From Deltaproteobacteria bacterium (GTDB lineage Bacteria; JAEEML01): DNA of 49,416 nt. Location of the stretch: the NCBI GenBank assembly GCA_016283195.1, contig JAEEML010000004.1:1-49416 (forward strand). The letters are read 5' to 3'. Numbering within the stretch: the stretch's first letter is position 1; every line of letters begins with the position of its first letter. The notes beneath the pieces were generated by a model, which was given only the letters and a program-made list of their open reading frames with translations, was not told the DNA's origin and searched no databases. Made by a program: the position numbers and the translations under genes. Shown piece by piece: positions 31,159 through 41,148 of this stretch.

Positions 31159-31854
31159 ATGCGCTATAAGTCACTATTTTTATTTGCTTTTATTGGTGTT
31201 TGCAGCTTTACTGCCTGTGTGAGTCCGACGGCTACCCAAAAGGGAGTTTTGGTTTTAAAAGCCGGTTCCGATATCCCGGCCGATGCCGAGCGCACCGATT
31301 TACTCGGGAAAAATGCTCCGGCTGCCGGGCGCATCAATCTTATTGTTGACGGAGCTGATTTAAAGAGCGCTCTTAATACTGTAGCCCAGCTCGGTGGCAT
31401 CAATATTTCCATCGACAAAGAAGTTTGGGGTGATAATATCCGTGCCCGTTTTCTTAATGTTCCCTGGGATTTAGCTCTGGCTTCACTTTTGCAATCGCAT
31501 AATTTGGCTCTTAAAAAAGTCGGTTCTGTTTACCGTGTTGGGCCGCGCGATAAACTCTCTTTGGAGCGCGATAACAATTCCATGGAAGGCGTTGGCAAAG
31601 AGAATATCAAGACCAATTTTATTAAACTCAGCAAAACTCCTGCCGCTGAGGTGGCTCCGGTAGTTAAAGAACTTTTGCTCTCCCCTTGGGGCGTGGTTAT
31701 ACCTTATCCGCCGGCCAATTTGCTCATTATCCGCGATGATGACCGGGTGGTAAACCGCATTAAAGATTTTGTGCAAAAACTGGAAGAAAACCAAGCTTCT
31801 TCCGCTGCATCCGATGACGGATTGCTCTCTCTGGATTCTTTTGACGTACCATGA
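31159..31854 (+). CDS. Lipoprotein with PilQ/secretin N-terminal domains (STN and N domain) but no secretin barrel
   Basis: Lipobox FTAC; 'NVPWDLAL..LL' and 'LLS..G.V.....NLLIIRD......I..FV.KL' match PilQ N-terminal domains; protein stops at 231 aa. Confidence 0.7.
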   Translation: MRYKSLFLFAFIGVCSFTACVSPTATQKGVLVLKAGSDIPADAERTDLLGKNAPAAGRINLIVDGADLKSALNTVAQLGGINISIDKEVWGDNIRARFLNVPWDLALASLLQSHNLALKKVGSVYRVGPRDKLSLERDNNSMEGVGKENIKTNFIKLSKTPAAEVAPVVKELLLSPWGVVIPYPPANLLIIRDDDRVVNRIKDFVQKLEENQASSAASDDGLLSLDSFDVP

Positions 31855-32771
31855 AATTATCTTTACATTCTACCTTCTTAGTTCTTGTAGCCGGCACCTT
31901 TTTTCTTGCTGCCTGCGCCAAAACGGCAACGCTACCTAAAAATGCTTCGGCCGAAGAATACTTCAAAGCGGCTACTACCGATATGGAGCGCCGTCTTTAT
32001 CCGGAAGCGGCCGGCGGCTTTGAAAATGTGCGCATAAAATATCCTTATTCACCACTTGCGCCACTTGCTACTTTGCGGGTTGGTGATTGCCGCCTGAAAA
32101 ACGGTGATCACTTGGAAGCTGTTGAGGCGTATCGCCTCTTTTTGCAATTATATCCGCGCCATGCCGAGGTGCCTTATGCCACTTATCGCATCGGTGAGTG
32201 CCATTTGGCGCGCGCTTCTAAAGATTATTTCTTTATGCCCCCGGCTTATGAAAAGGATTTGGCGCCTGTTAAGCAAAGCGTGAGCATTTTGCAAGATTTT
32301 TTAAAGCGCTATAGTGCTTCTACTTATGTAGAAGAGGCACGGCGTCTTTTGGAAGAAGGGCAGGGGCGCTTGGTACAGCATGAGCTCTATGTGGCTGAAT
32401 TTAATTACAAACGCAAACAATATAATGCCGCCTTTAATCGAGCTATGGGGCTTATTGATGCTTATCCGGAACATAAAGCACATAGCGCAGCTTATCTTCT
32501 GGCTGCAAAATCGGCGCTCGGAATGGATAATTTTTCGGTGGCTCGTTCTATTGCCGGGTTGATTATTAAAGATTACCCAGAAAGCAAAGAAGCTAAAAAA
32601 GCCGCAAAATTATTGGAAAAAATTTCGCGTGGCGAAAAGCGCTTCCAAAAAAAGCAAGAAAAAGAAGCGCAGAAAAAAGGTACTTTAAAAGAGGCCAAAA
32701 ACGTGGCTGATGATCCAGCTTTGAGCGCCGAAGAAACTTCCGACAGCTCCTCAGAAATTTCGGCAGAGTGA
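31851..32771 (+). CDS. bamD: Outer membrane protein assembly factor BamD
   Basis: Lipobox LAAC; YPYS, FL.LYP.H...YA.Y, 'L..HEL.VA.F..KR..Y.AA..R' TPR motifs. Confidence 0.88.
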   Translation: MKLSLHSTFLVLVAGTFFLAACAKTATLPKNASAEEYFKAATTDMERRLYPEAAGGFENVRIKYPYSPLAPLATLRVGDCRLKNGDHLEAVEAYRLFLQLYPRHAEVPYATYRIGECHLARASKDYFFMPPAYEKDLAPVKQSVSILQDFLKRYSASTYVEEARRLLEEGQGRLVQHELYVAEFNYKRKQYNAAFNRAMGLIDAYPEHKAHSAAYLLAAKSALGMDNFSVARSIAGLIIKDYPESKEAKKAAKLLEKISRGEKRFQKKQEKEAQKKGTLKEAKNVADDPALSAEETSDSSSEISAE

Positions 32772-32774
32772 ATA

Positions 32775-34607
32775 ATGAATAGTGATTTTAAGTGTCTTTG
32801 GAGCGAAAAAGCGCTGCTTTTTGATGGCGCCATGGGCACGGAACTTTACAAAAGACACCAGTTTTTAAATGTTTGTTATGAAGAGCTTAATTTCAAGAAT
32901 CCCGCTTTGGTGGAAGCGATTCACCGGGAATATCTGGCAGCCGGCGCGCAGGTCTTAACCACTAACAGCTTTGGTGCCAACAAGCTAAAACTGGCCGCCA
33001 ATTTTTTAGCCGATAAAACTTATGAAATAAATTTTAGAGCAGCGGAACTGGCGCGCCAAGTAGCGGGCCGCGAACACTTTGTTGCCGGCTCCGTAGGGCC
33101 GGCGCAAGCTGCCTCCGGAAGGCCAATAACCAGCGAGGAATTAACTGATATTTTTAAAGAATCCATTAAAGGCCTCATGGATGGCGGCGCCGATTTTATC
33201 ATCTTTGAGACTTTTACCAAAAGAAGCGAAATTTTGGCGGCAGCCAGAGCGGCCACTGCTTTGGGAGCACCATATATTCCTTCTATGGCTTTAACCGAAA
33301 GCGGTTGCTCGCGGGCCGGAGAAACCATAGAGCAATTTTTTGCTTCCTGGCCGCAGGATATAGCCGCGCCGCTCATGTTGGGGCTAAATTGCGGCCTGGG
33401 CCCAAAAGATATGCTAAAGCAGCTGGAAAAACTTTTGCCCATAGCCGGCGCCCTCCCGGTACTAGCGGAGCCCAATAGCGGGACGCCGCAGCTCATAAAC
33501 GACCGCTTAATCTCCCTTACCAGCCCGGAATATCTGGCTACTTATGCCGGTCACATGTTGCAAATGGGAGTAAAAGCCATCGGCGGTTGTTGCGGCGTCT
33601 CGCCTGAGCATATCAAAGAATTGGCTCAAAGTTTAAAGACGCGCCAGGTAAAAAGCATTTCCGTGCTCCCGCCGGCGGCCGCGCCGGCAGCGGCTGAGCC
33701 GCTGCCTCTCCCCCAACGCAGCGCTTTTGCCGCTAAACTGGCCCGTGGCGAGTGGGTCTCCAGTGTGGAAATTACCCCGCCAACAGGTTGTGATTTAAGT
33801 AAATTTTTAGAAAAAGCCGCTCTTTGCCGGGAGGCGGGGATAGATGTTATTAATATTCCCGACGGGCCACGGGCCAGTGCCCGCTGCTCACCTCTGGTGA
33901 GCGCGATTAGCGTGCAAAAGGCGCTGGGGCAGGAGGTCGTCCTGCATCTGGCCTGCCGCGATCGCAACATTATTGGTATGCAGTCCGACCTCCTGGGCGC
34001 GGCCGCCGCGGGTCTTGGCAATATTCTGATAATTACCGGCGATCCGCCGAAAGCGGGCAATTATCCCTTTTCTTCGGCGGTATTTGACATAGATTCTATT
34101 GGGCTCATCGCTATTGCCGCCCGTCTGAACCGGGGCATTGATATCGGCGGCGCCGCTATTAAGCCGCCTACTGCCTTCGCTATAGGCTGCGGCGCCGATC
34201 CTAACCACCTGGACCGGGCGCGGGAGATTGCCCGCTTAAAAGAAAAAATTGCCGCCGGTGCCGATTATGTGGTGACTCAGCCCATTTTTGACCCCAAAGT
34301 GCTGGCCGATTTTCTTAATGCTGCCGGGCCGCTCGGTGTGCCGGTGATTGCCGGTGTCTGGCCGCTGATGAATGCCAAAAATGCGGAATTTATGAATAAT
34401 GAGGTGCCGGGAGTTTCGGTGCCGGAAGCTATAATCGAGCGTATGCGGGCGGCTAAGAGTAAAGAGGAAGCTCACGCTATAGGGGCTGATATTGCCGTAG
34501 AAATCATTGGTGAGATTCGCCATTTAGTGCAAGGAGTGCAAGTGAGCGCGCCGCTTGGCAATACCAAAATGGCCATAGAGGTAATAAAGCGCTCCTCTGT
34601 AGGATAA
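32775..34607 (+). CDS. Bifunctional homocysteine S-methyltransferase / methylenetetrahydrofolate reductase (YitJ-like)
   Basis: DGAMGT, GLNC, GGCCG Zn ligands; C-terminal MTHFR with E..PP, NIPD.P.A, HLACRDRN, TGDPP, TQP. Confidence 0.92.
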   Translation: MNSDFKCLWSEKALLFDGAMGTELYKRHQFLNVCYEELNFKNPALVEAIHREYLAAGAQVLTTNSFGANKLKLAANFLADKTYEINFRAAELARQVAGREHFVAGSVGPAQAASGRPITSEELTDIFKESIKGLMDGGADFIIFETFTKRSEILAAARAATALGAPYIPSMALTESGCSRAGETIEQFFASWPQDIAAPLMLGLNCGLGPKDMLKQLEKLLPIAGALPVLAEPNSGTPQLINDRLISLTSPEYLATYAGHMLQMGVKAIGGCCGVSPEHIKELAQSLKTRQVKSISVLPPAAAPAAAEPLPLPQRSAFAAKLARGEWVSSVEITPPTGCDLSKFLEKAALCREAGIDVINIPDGPRASARCSPLVSAISVQKALGQEVVLHLACRDRNIIGMQSDLLGAAAAGLGNILIITGDPPKAGNYPFSSAVFDIDSIGLIAIAARLNRGIDIGGAAIKPPTAFAIGCGADPNHLDRAREIARLKEKIAAGADYVVTQPIFDPKVLADFLNAAGPLGVPVIAGVWPLMNAKNAEFMNNEVPGVSVPEAIIERMRAAKSKEEAHAIGADIAVEIIGEIRHLVQGVQVSAPLGNTKMAIEVIKRSSVG

Positions 34608-34644
34608 CTAAGTAAATTAAAAGATAAATTAAAGAGGATTAAAT

Positions 34645-35319
34645 ATGTCAAAAGATGCTGTTGTTTTGCTTTCCGGTGGCCTTGATTCCACCACCGTGGC
34701 CGCCATGGCTCTGGCTGAGGGGTACACATTACATGCTCTCTCTTTCCAATATGGTCAGCGCCATCAAGCCGAACTTACCGCCTGCCGCCGCGTAGCCACT
34801 GCCCTGGGGATAAAAGATCACCGCATTGCGCAAATCGATCTCCGCCTCTTTGGCGGCTCGGCTTTAACAGCCGATATTGCCGTGCCTAAAGACAGAGAAC
34901 CGGTTCAGGATATTCCCATTACTTATGTGCCGGGGCGCAATACAATATTTCTCTCTTATGCTCTGGCTTTTGCTGAAGTCACGGGTTCCGAAGCTATATT
35001 TATCGGTGTAAATTCCGTTGATTACAGCGGTTATCCCGATTGCCGCCCGGAATATATTGCCGCTTTCCAAAAAGTGGCTGATTTGGCCACCCGCCACACT
35101 GTTACCGGCCATCCTTTGCAAATAAAGGCGCCTATTCAGTATATGAATAAAGGGGAAATTATCAAAACCGGCCTGGCACTCGGAGTTGATTACAGCATGA
35201 CCATAACTTGCTATGATGCCGATGGCGAGGGCCGGGCTTGCGGCCGCTGTGATTCCTGCAAACTGCGCTTGGCCGGCTTTGCGGCTAACGGCATAAAAGA
35301 CCCGGCGCCATACCGCTAG
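34645..35319 (+). CDS. queC: 7-cyano-7-deazaguanine synthase
   Basis: [30 protein letters not shown]...CG.CDSC.LR. Confidence 0.97.
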   Translation: MSKDAVVLLSGGLDSTTVAAMALAEGYTLHALSFQYGQRHQAELTACRRVATALGIKDHRIAQIDLRLFGGSALTADIAVPKDREPVQDIPITYVPGRNTIFLSYALAFAEVTGSEAIFIGVNSVDYSGYPDCRPEYIAAFQKVADLATRHTVTGHPLQIKAPIQYMNKGEIIKTGLALGVDYSMTITCYDADGEGRACGRCDSCKLRLAGFAANGIKDPAPYR

Positions 35320-35340
35320 GCTTTAAGTCAGTGGCCTTTG

Positions 35341-35550
35341 GTGTTCGCAGGCTTGGCGCCCAAATTTTTGGGGCTCAATATGCTTGAAGCGCTGCGCGCT
35401 TTTTGGGGACCTCACCTCCTAACTTATTGGATTTTTATGAAAATCGCCCCTCTCCCAAGCGGCGAGGGGCTCCGCTCATTGAAAGCTAAAACTTATTAGC
35501 TGTTATTTTGTCCTCTCCCCACAGTGTGGAGGGGAGATATGCTTGAATTC
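35341..35550 (-). repeat. ~200-bp conserved non-coding element, copy A (inverted relative to 46359-46557)
   Basis: Reverse complement aligns by eye to 46359-46557, e.g. GGAGCCCCTCGCCGCTTGGGAGA vs GGAGCCCCTCGCTGCTTGGGAGA, and TAAGTTAGGAGGTG in both. Confidence 0.85.
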
Positions 35551-35558
35551 TGCCTGAG

Positions 35559-35574
35559 TGTTTCATGTGAAACA
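35559..35574. promoter_or_regulatory. parS-like ParB-binding site
   Basis: TGTTTCATGTGAAACA, one mismatch to the palindromic consensus TGTTTCACGTGAAACA; intergenic. Confidence 0.75.
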
Positions 35575-35609
35575 AGTTGGCTTATTGCCCGGCGCCTACT
35601 TTGAAAAAA

Positions 35610-36596
35610 TTATGGGCACACGGAAAGTATGCCGGTGGAGTTGATACATAAAGGCCCGCTGGTGCCGCTTGCGGGTAAACTTTCGGGAGCTATACGCACA
35701 TTCAGCAGGTAATCAACTTCTTTTGAACCTTCTGGTTGCCCTTCATCAGTATCAATTTGCATGGAACCCAGACGTTTTATATCCGGTATATAAGTGCCAT
35801 TGGCGTTTTGCAGTACACTGACCTGTAGAAGAGAGCTACCAGCAATTTTAACATAAACTTTTATAATTTTTTTATTATCTTCGTAGCTTCCTTTAACATA
35901 AAAGCGTGTTTTATAATATTTTTCTCTAAATTTTCGGCCATCCAGCTGGGTAAAACGGGCTATAACATGATCACTGGAGAAATTATTAATATCTTGAGGA
36001 ACTTGATATTCTCCGCCTTGAACAAACAGAGTGCCCATTCTATTTTTGCCCTCATTATCGCGGTAAGTTATAAGCAATAAAAAACCGGCATAAGCAGGAT
36101 TAGGATCATTTCCGGGCTTGACTGTAAGTGTTCCTAGTTCATACCAGCCTGAATCCGTAATGACTTGCCTGGACAAGCTATCCGCCGTACCAGCTTTGCC
36201 GGCGCTATCGGCACTTTGGGCATGACCAGCTTCGGCGGCCTGGATGGCAAAAGGCACGGAGGAAACGGCAATGCGCGGAGTCATTTCGTCATCGTCACCA
36301 ACTTTGATGCCCAGTTCGATTTTGTCGGCGGCGACAATTTTATTTTTGTCGACACCGTCTATTGTGAAGTTGTAAAAGCCGTTTTCCACGGTAATATTTT
36401 TAGTAACCGCTTTAATAACTTCGCTGTTACCATCATAAAGAGTGGCCACAATTTTAACCTGTCCGTTCATTAATTCGCCATCTTCCCAGAGCAGGCCGTG
36501 GTGGGTAAAGCTCATGGGGACGGCGGCCATGGCCGATGAAGCTGCCAGCAGAAAGCCAAGAGTGGTAAGTGTCGTTAATAATTTTTTGCTCTTCAT
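35610..36596 (-). CDS. Secreted fibre/adhesin-like protein A (conserved N-domain, variable tip)
   Basis: AAGGAG RBS; signal peptide ending AMA; the first ~125 aa are clearly paralogous to 44901..46298 (AAVP.SFTHHGLLW...ENGFYN...ELGIKVGD..EMTPRIA.SSVPFA); C-terminus unrelated to that paralogue. Confidence 0.75.
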   Translation of the reverse strand: MKSKKLLTTLTTLGFLLAASSAMAAVPMSFTHHGLLWEDGELMNGQVKIVATLYDGNSEVIKAVTKNITVENGFYNFTIDGVDKNKIVAADKIELGIKVGDDDEMTPRIAVSSVPFAIQAAEAGHAQSADSAGKAGTADSLSRQVITDSGWYELGTLTVKPGNDPNPAYAGFLLLITYRDNEGKNRMGTLFVQGGEYQVPQDINNFSSDHVIARFTQLDGRKFREKYYKTRFYVKGSYEDNKKIIKVYVKIAGSSLLQVSVLQNANGTYIPDIKRLGSMQIDTDEGQPEGSKEVDYLLNVRIAPESLPASGTSGPLCINSTGILSVCP

Positions 36597-36614
36597 TTTC
36601 TTCTCCTTTTAGCT

Positions 36615-37277
36615 CTACTTCCAAGAGCCATCGTTTACCTTAACTTCATGGGTGGAATCTTGAGCGCTGCCAGCCATGGAACCGCCTAAAACCTGCACTT
36701 TATAACGGTTGCTGCTGGCTTTGCCGGCAATATTGGTTAGAGTTGCTCCAGCCGGTAATTTTATTGGTGTTTCAGTAACAATTTCAGTGTTTTCCCGGCA
36801 AATATTCCCTTCACAGACTAGACCTTCGGCGCATTTATTTTGCTCATCGCAAGCTTCGCCTTTACCTCGCGGGTTGCTTGCTTTTAGGACACACTTCTTG
36901 TTTTGGCAGGTATAGTTGTCTTGGCAATCAGTATCGTTTTTGCAAGGTTTTTGGCAAATGCCGTCCAGGCATTCAAGGCCGCTTTCGCAGAGTATTTTAA
37001 GATCGCAGCTTTCGCCGTTTTTGCTCCTTGGTGTGGTATTTTTTACGCAGCGCTCATCTAGGCAGGAGGAATCATTAGGACAATCGCTGTTATCTTGGCA
37101 AACTTTTCGGCAAATGCCGTTTTCGCATAATAGGCCGGGCATACAGTCATGCTCGGCATCGCACTGGTCACCCAGTTGCCCGGTATTGCTTGGAGGCACA
37201 GGCTTATCCGGGCAACCAGTAAGCATGGTTAGAGCAACAATGGAGGGAGCAAGAATCAGGCGGGGGAAGAGTTTCAT
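36615..37277 (-). CDS. Cys-rich lipoprotein A, partner of fibre A
   Basis: GAGG RBS before ATG 37277; lipobox LTGC; CxxxxxCxxGLxCxxGxC repeats; C-terminal LPAG..LTN..GKAS..RYKVQ.LGGS.AG...NDG.WK shared with 44226..44882. Confidence 0.8.
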   Translation of the reverse strand: MKLFPRLILAPSIVALTMLTGCPDKPVPPSNTGQLGDQCDAEHDCMPGLLCENGICRKVCQDNSDCPNDSSCLDERCVKNTTPRSKNGESCDLKILCESGLECLDGICQKPCKNDTDCQDNYTCQNKKCVLKASNPRGKGEACDEQNKCAEGLVCEGNICRENTEIVTETPIKLPAGATLTNIAGKASSNRYKVQVLGGSMAGSAQDSTHEVKVNDGSWK

Positions 37278-37411
37278 TCTGCACCTCAAACTTGGTAAGG
37301 CGAACCGATTTTCGCGCTTAGGTCTTTTCAAGACCTAATATACAGGCTAGCCTGTAAAATTTGAAAAAATTTGCGCAATGTCTTCGGAGGAAACTCTGTG
37401 AAGATGGCGGG

Positions 37412-38038
37412 TTACAATAAGCGATAACGCATTTTATTGAGCTGAGCTCTGGCGGCCGGCGACCAGGTAGTGCTGCTATTGGCTACCGGCGACATGACAT
37501 AAGAAGAAGCATAATCATCGTGCTCAACATAAAAAAGATGCGCCAGTTCATGTTGCAAAGTGGAAACAAGCCGCGTCGAATTTAAGAGCGATTCAGTGGA
37601 AAGCGCTATAATTACAAGGTTTTTTTGTGGATAGGCCAGGCCGGCGACATCCAGCCACTCATGATCGCTCTTAATGGCTTGCGGATTTCCGGAAAGTATT
37701 ACCGTAAAATGGCCGGGGCGCTTAGGCGATATTTTGTGCTCTTCACCTATGGGGAGAGGGTGCACTTTAAAGGAATCTATAGTGAAATTTATGCCGGCGG
37801 CTTGAAATTGCTCAAAACTTTCGCTAACAGCGGCTAAAATAACCTCCTGTTGTGAAAAGGCGCTATCACTTATTATATCAACTTTAATGTTCACCGGCTT
37901 ATACGGATTGGCCCAGAGAGAGGCAACTTTGCTGCTGACTATGGCTGAATAGCGTCCGCCGGCCATAAAAGTATCCAGTGTATAAAGGAGCAAGAGCAAA
38001 AGCCCAAAAAAGAAAGTGTGTTGCATTAGCCTTTTCAT
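37412..38038 (-). CDS. Membrane-anchored or secreted metzincin zinc metalloprotease (reprolysin/matrixin-like)
   Basis: HELAHLFYVEH (HExxHxxxxxH) followed by Met-turn YVMSP; N-terminal hydrophobic segment. Confidence 0.75.
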   Translation of the reverse strand: MKRLMQHTFFFGLLLLLLYTLDTFMAGGRYSAIVSSKVASLWANPYKPVNIKVDIISDSAFSQQEVILAAVSESFEQFQAAGINFTIDSFKVHPLPIGEEHKISPKRPGHFTVILSGNPQAIKSDHEWLDVAGLAYPQKNLVIIALSTESLLNSTRLVSTLQHELAHLFYVEHDDYASSYVMSPVANSSTTWSPAARAQLNKMRYRLL

Positions 38039-38209
38039 GATCTACTCCAATGTAGGTCTAAATGCCACTTTTCAGCTTATACAACTACAAGAATATAGCA
38101 AATAAATAGCGATTTTTTTATAAAGTAGTTGAAAATTACCCTGTTTTTTGTCAGATAGCAAAGGACATTTGGCAATTGGCTGCTTTATGATAAGTGGAAG
38201 TGTGTCAAC

Positions 38210-39703
38210 ATGAAAATTATAAAAAAGGCACCTCATATTTTACTTTTTTGCTGCTCTTTCCTGCTGCTCACATCTTGCGGCGGCACCACCTTGGCCCAGC
38301 ATCATGCTAATGTTTATCGGGCCATGGAAAGAGAAGATTGGCCGGGTGCCAAAATCTATGTCGAAAACAATAAAAAAAGCATGTACGATAAGCAAAATGC
38401 CAAATTGCTTTATCAACTGGATAAAGGCTATTTTGCCCAGCATTCCGGCGAACATCAAGAGGCCGCCGCAAATTATGAAAAAGCAGTGGAAATAATAGAT
38501 GATTTATGGACTAAATCCATCCGCAAAGAAATTGGTGCAGCCACGCGCGGCGAGAAGGTCAAAGACTATGCCGGGACAGATTATGAAAAAGTACTCGCCC
38601 ATATATATGCGGCTATAAATTACGCTCTGGCCGGCGATTTGGAAAACGCCCGCGTGGAAGCCAGGGCTGTGAGCGACCGTTTGCAACAATACAATGATCA
38701 TGCCGGCAAGAAAAATACCTATAAAGACGATGCTTTTGCCCGTTGGTTCAGCGGCTGGCTTTTGGAGTCCGAGGGCGATGAACAGGCCTTTAATGATGCC
38801 AAAATAGATTATGAAACTGCCTATGAAATTTATAGCGCCTCCGCCTATAGCGATATTTATCAGAGAACCGTCCCTGCTTTTGTAACAGAAGATTTGCTTA
38901 GAGCGGCCTCTTATGCCGGTATAGAAGATACTATAAAAAAAATAGTTAAAAAAAATTCAAAAGTTAAGTATCTACCGGCCAATGAATTTAAACAAAAAGG
39001 GCAAATTCTTTTTATCCACCAGGTGGGAATGGCGCCAGAAAAAGAAGAGACGGTAGAAACCACCTCGGTGGCCAGAGAAATTTTGCGCGCCGCCGTAAAT
39101 GACATGGAAGCCGATGGGGAAAATCAAAATTCAATGCGGCAATCGGGCCTTAGTGGCAGTTCTTTTTTAAGCGGCGCTTTTGGGGCGGCTGTCGGGCAGG
39201 CCACTATTGCCTATCCGGTGCTCGTTAATAAGCCATATTCGCTGGTTGGCTCGGAAATTGCAGCTGATGGCCAGGTGGCGGAAACTGTCTTAGTGGAGGA
39301 TATCGAAGCTCTGGCTCACAAAATTTACGCCGAAGAATTGCCCAGGATTAAGCGCCGGGCCATGACCCGCACGGTTATAAAAAATATTATGGCCGGTATC
39401 GCGGCTTATGCCAGTAAATCCATTTTGATTAAGGCCCTTAACTTGAATACTAAGCCCACGGTGGCCGATTTTGCGCTTGGTTATGCTCTGGCCGACAGGG
39501 GTTATTACCATGCCGATATTCGCAGCTGGTTTGTTTTGCCCGCTAAATTAAGAGCCGCTAAATTATATCTTGATCCGGGTACTTACACGCTAACGGTGAA
39601 TTATAAAAACCACAGCGGCGCGGTTGTTAAAACCAAAACTTTTGCCGATATTAAGGTAAAAGCCGGGCAGTATATTGTGCTTAGCGACAGAACAGTAAAT
39701 TAA
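38210..39703 (+). CDS. TPR-containing outer-membrane lipoprotein (COG3014-like)
   Basis: Lipobox LTSC; Y.G..YEKV..H.Y.A.NY...G..E.ARVE, ADIRSW..LP motifs. Confidence 0.75.
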   Translation: MKIIKKAPHILLFCCSFLLLTSCGGTTLAQHHANVYRAMEREDWPGAKIYVENNKKSMYDKQNAKLLYQLDKGYFAQHSGEHQEAAANYEKAVEIIDDLWTKSIRKEIGAATRGEKVKDYAGTDYEKVLAHIYAAINYALAGDLENARVEARAVSDRLQQYNDHAGKKNTYKDDAFARWFSGWLLESEGDEQAFNDAKIDYETAYEIYSASAYSDIYQRTVPAFVTEDLLRAASYAGIEDTIKKIVKKNSKVKYLPANEFKQKGQILFIHQVGMAPEKEETVETTSVAREILRAAVNDMEADGENQNSMRQSGLSGSSFLSGAFGAAVGQATIAYPVLVNKPYSLVGSEIAADGQVAETVLVEDIEALAHKIYAEELPRIKRRAMTRTVIKNIMAGIAAYASKSILIKALNLNTKPTVADFALGYALADRGYYHADIRSWFVLPAKLRAAKLYLDPGTYTLTVNYKNHSGAVVKTKTFADIKVKAGQYIVLSDRTVN

Positions 39704-41148
39704 ATTATCTCTTCGGCTTTTTTGGTTTCTTCGGCTTTTTCGGCCTGGAGCTCTTGATAATAATAAATAGCTAAAATTTTTTGGGTTTCCGGCCGGCATA
39801 AAGCAAGCGCACTGCGACGCACGCCCACTATCCAGAGCGGATTTTCGTCTGCATCACATAGAAGTAATTTTTGTGCCCGCTCAGCCGGGGGAATTTTGGC
39901 ATCGGAGAGTATTTTATTTACTTTAACCGGCTTTTTATGGCCCAGTACGGGCAGCGCCAGATTAGCTGGTAAAAGGTCGATTTTAAGTGGCCAGGTGATT
40001 TCCTCTGCGGCCACATATATTAAATTGGCATCACTGGGCGGATTGCTTTTTATTTCTTCCGGCGTAACTTCTTTAATAATAAGCTTGGCATTAGGTAGAT
40101 TATAGCTGCCTGGACCCGGAAGCTTTAGTGTGTTCTGCTGCTTTTGCTCTTCGAATAATTCAGCGATTTTACTAGCTATTTCGCGGCGCTCGGCCAGAAT
40201 CAGCCGGCCGGAGCTTACGGCCAAAACCATATTATCCGCCAGCCACAAGAGGGCGCTTTTAGCGGTAGCCGCTTTAATAAACTCTGCCACTTGCTCAAAG
40301 GAAGGCTGGTAATAATGATTAAGAACTTTTTGAATAGCCAGGCGGGCTACCCGCCTTTGCATGGCCAAATGGAGCTTTTGAAAGTCACATTGGCTTAAAG
40401 TTAGGGGATTATAATTTTGAGCCAGCCGATTAAAGGCCGCCTCGGCCTCTTTGGCCATATAATCTTCTTCGGCGGCAATAATTTGCCCGGAGCGCACCAG
40501 CATAGGTCTTACATCGCGGCCGGCAAATTCCGCCCAGAGGGGCAGTAGTTTTAGTCTAAAGCGATTCCTTAAATAATCCAAATGGTTATTTGAAGAGTCA
40601 CGCACCGGTGAGACCCCTTTGGCGCGGCAATATTCTTCAATTTCTTCGCGGCGCATGGCAAGTAACGGGCGGATAAAGTGCCCTCTTTTGGGGGGAATAC
40701 CGGAAAGGCCCAAGGGGCCGCTGCCGCGCGTTAAATTGATTAAGAGTGTTTCGGCTACATCGTCGGCTTGATGAGCAATAGCCACCAGGTCAAAACCCTC
40801 TTTTTTAAATATAGAATCTATTAATTTGTAACGTAAATCGCGGGCGCGCTCCTGGAGAGCCGGCCCATGCTGCATATTTAGCTTGCCGGTGTAAAACTCG
40901 GCGCCATGCTGTTTGGCCAAATCAGCTACAAATAATGTTTCGCTTGGGGATTCCGGGCGGAGACCATGATCGACATAAATAGCTGCCAGGCGCTTTATAG
41001 CCAGTTTTTGGCGCAAGGCCGAGAAAAGGAGGAAAAGAGCACAAGAATCTGGCCCCCCGCTGACAGCTACTAATACAGAGCTGCCCGGGGGAACCAGTTC
41101 ATGGCTGGCTATAAAGTCTCTAGCCCGCTCTTCAAAGGACGCTGCCAC
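39700..41148 (-). CDS. tilS: tRNA(Ile)-lysidine synthase
   Basis: AVSGGPDS, DHGLR, AR.LRY, AH.ADD.AET, IRPLL, DSSN....YLRNR.R; GTG start overlaps the upstream stop. Confidence 0.95.
   Translation of the reverse strand: MAASFEERARDFIASHELVPPGSSVLVAVSGGPDSCALFLLFSALRQKLAIKRLAAIYVDHGLRPESPSETLFVADLAKQHGAEFYTGKLNMQHGPALQERARDLRYKLIDSIFKKEGFDLVAIAHQADDVAETLLINLTRGSGPLGLSGIPPKRGHFIRPLLAMRREEIEEYCRAKGVSPVRDSSNNHLDYLRNRFRLKLLPLWAEFAGRDVRPMLVRSGQIIAAEEDYMAKEAEAAFNRLAQNYNPLTLSQCDFQKLHLAMQRRVARLAIQKVLNHYYQPSFEQVAEFIKAATAKSALLWLADNMVLAVSSGRLILAERREIASKIAELFEEQKQQNTLKLPGPGSYNLPNAKLIIKEVTPEEIKSNPPSDANLIYVAAEEITWPLKIDLLPANLALPVLGHKKPVKVNKILSDAKIPPAERAQKLLLCDADENPLWIVGVRRSALALCRPETQKILAIYYYQELQAEKAEETKKAEEII

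Noticed and set aside
10985-34607. Apparent abundance of GCCGG/GCCGGC words
   Set aside because: Plausibly explained by GCC/GGC/CCG codon preference; enrichment cannot be claimed without a Markov-model count.
34608-34644. preQ1 riboswitch upstream of queC
   Set aside because: Only 37 AT-rich bases separate the genes and no riboswitch stem or motif is visible.
35570-35680. Fibre A ends in GPLCINSTGILSVCP, like the segment preceding S74 chaperone domains, suggesting truncation
   Set aside because: No S74-like remnant could be read past the stop codon, so the evidence is too weak.
37275-37300. Similarity of TTGAGGTGCAGAATG (minus strand) to the IS3 orfA start TTGAGGTGCAAAAATG
   Set aside because: Short match dominated by the SD sequence and start codon; no IS inverted repeat nearby.
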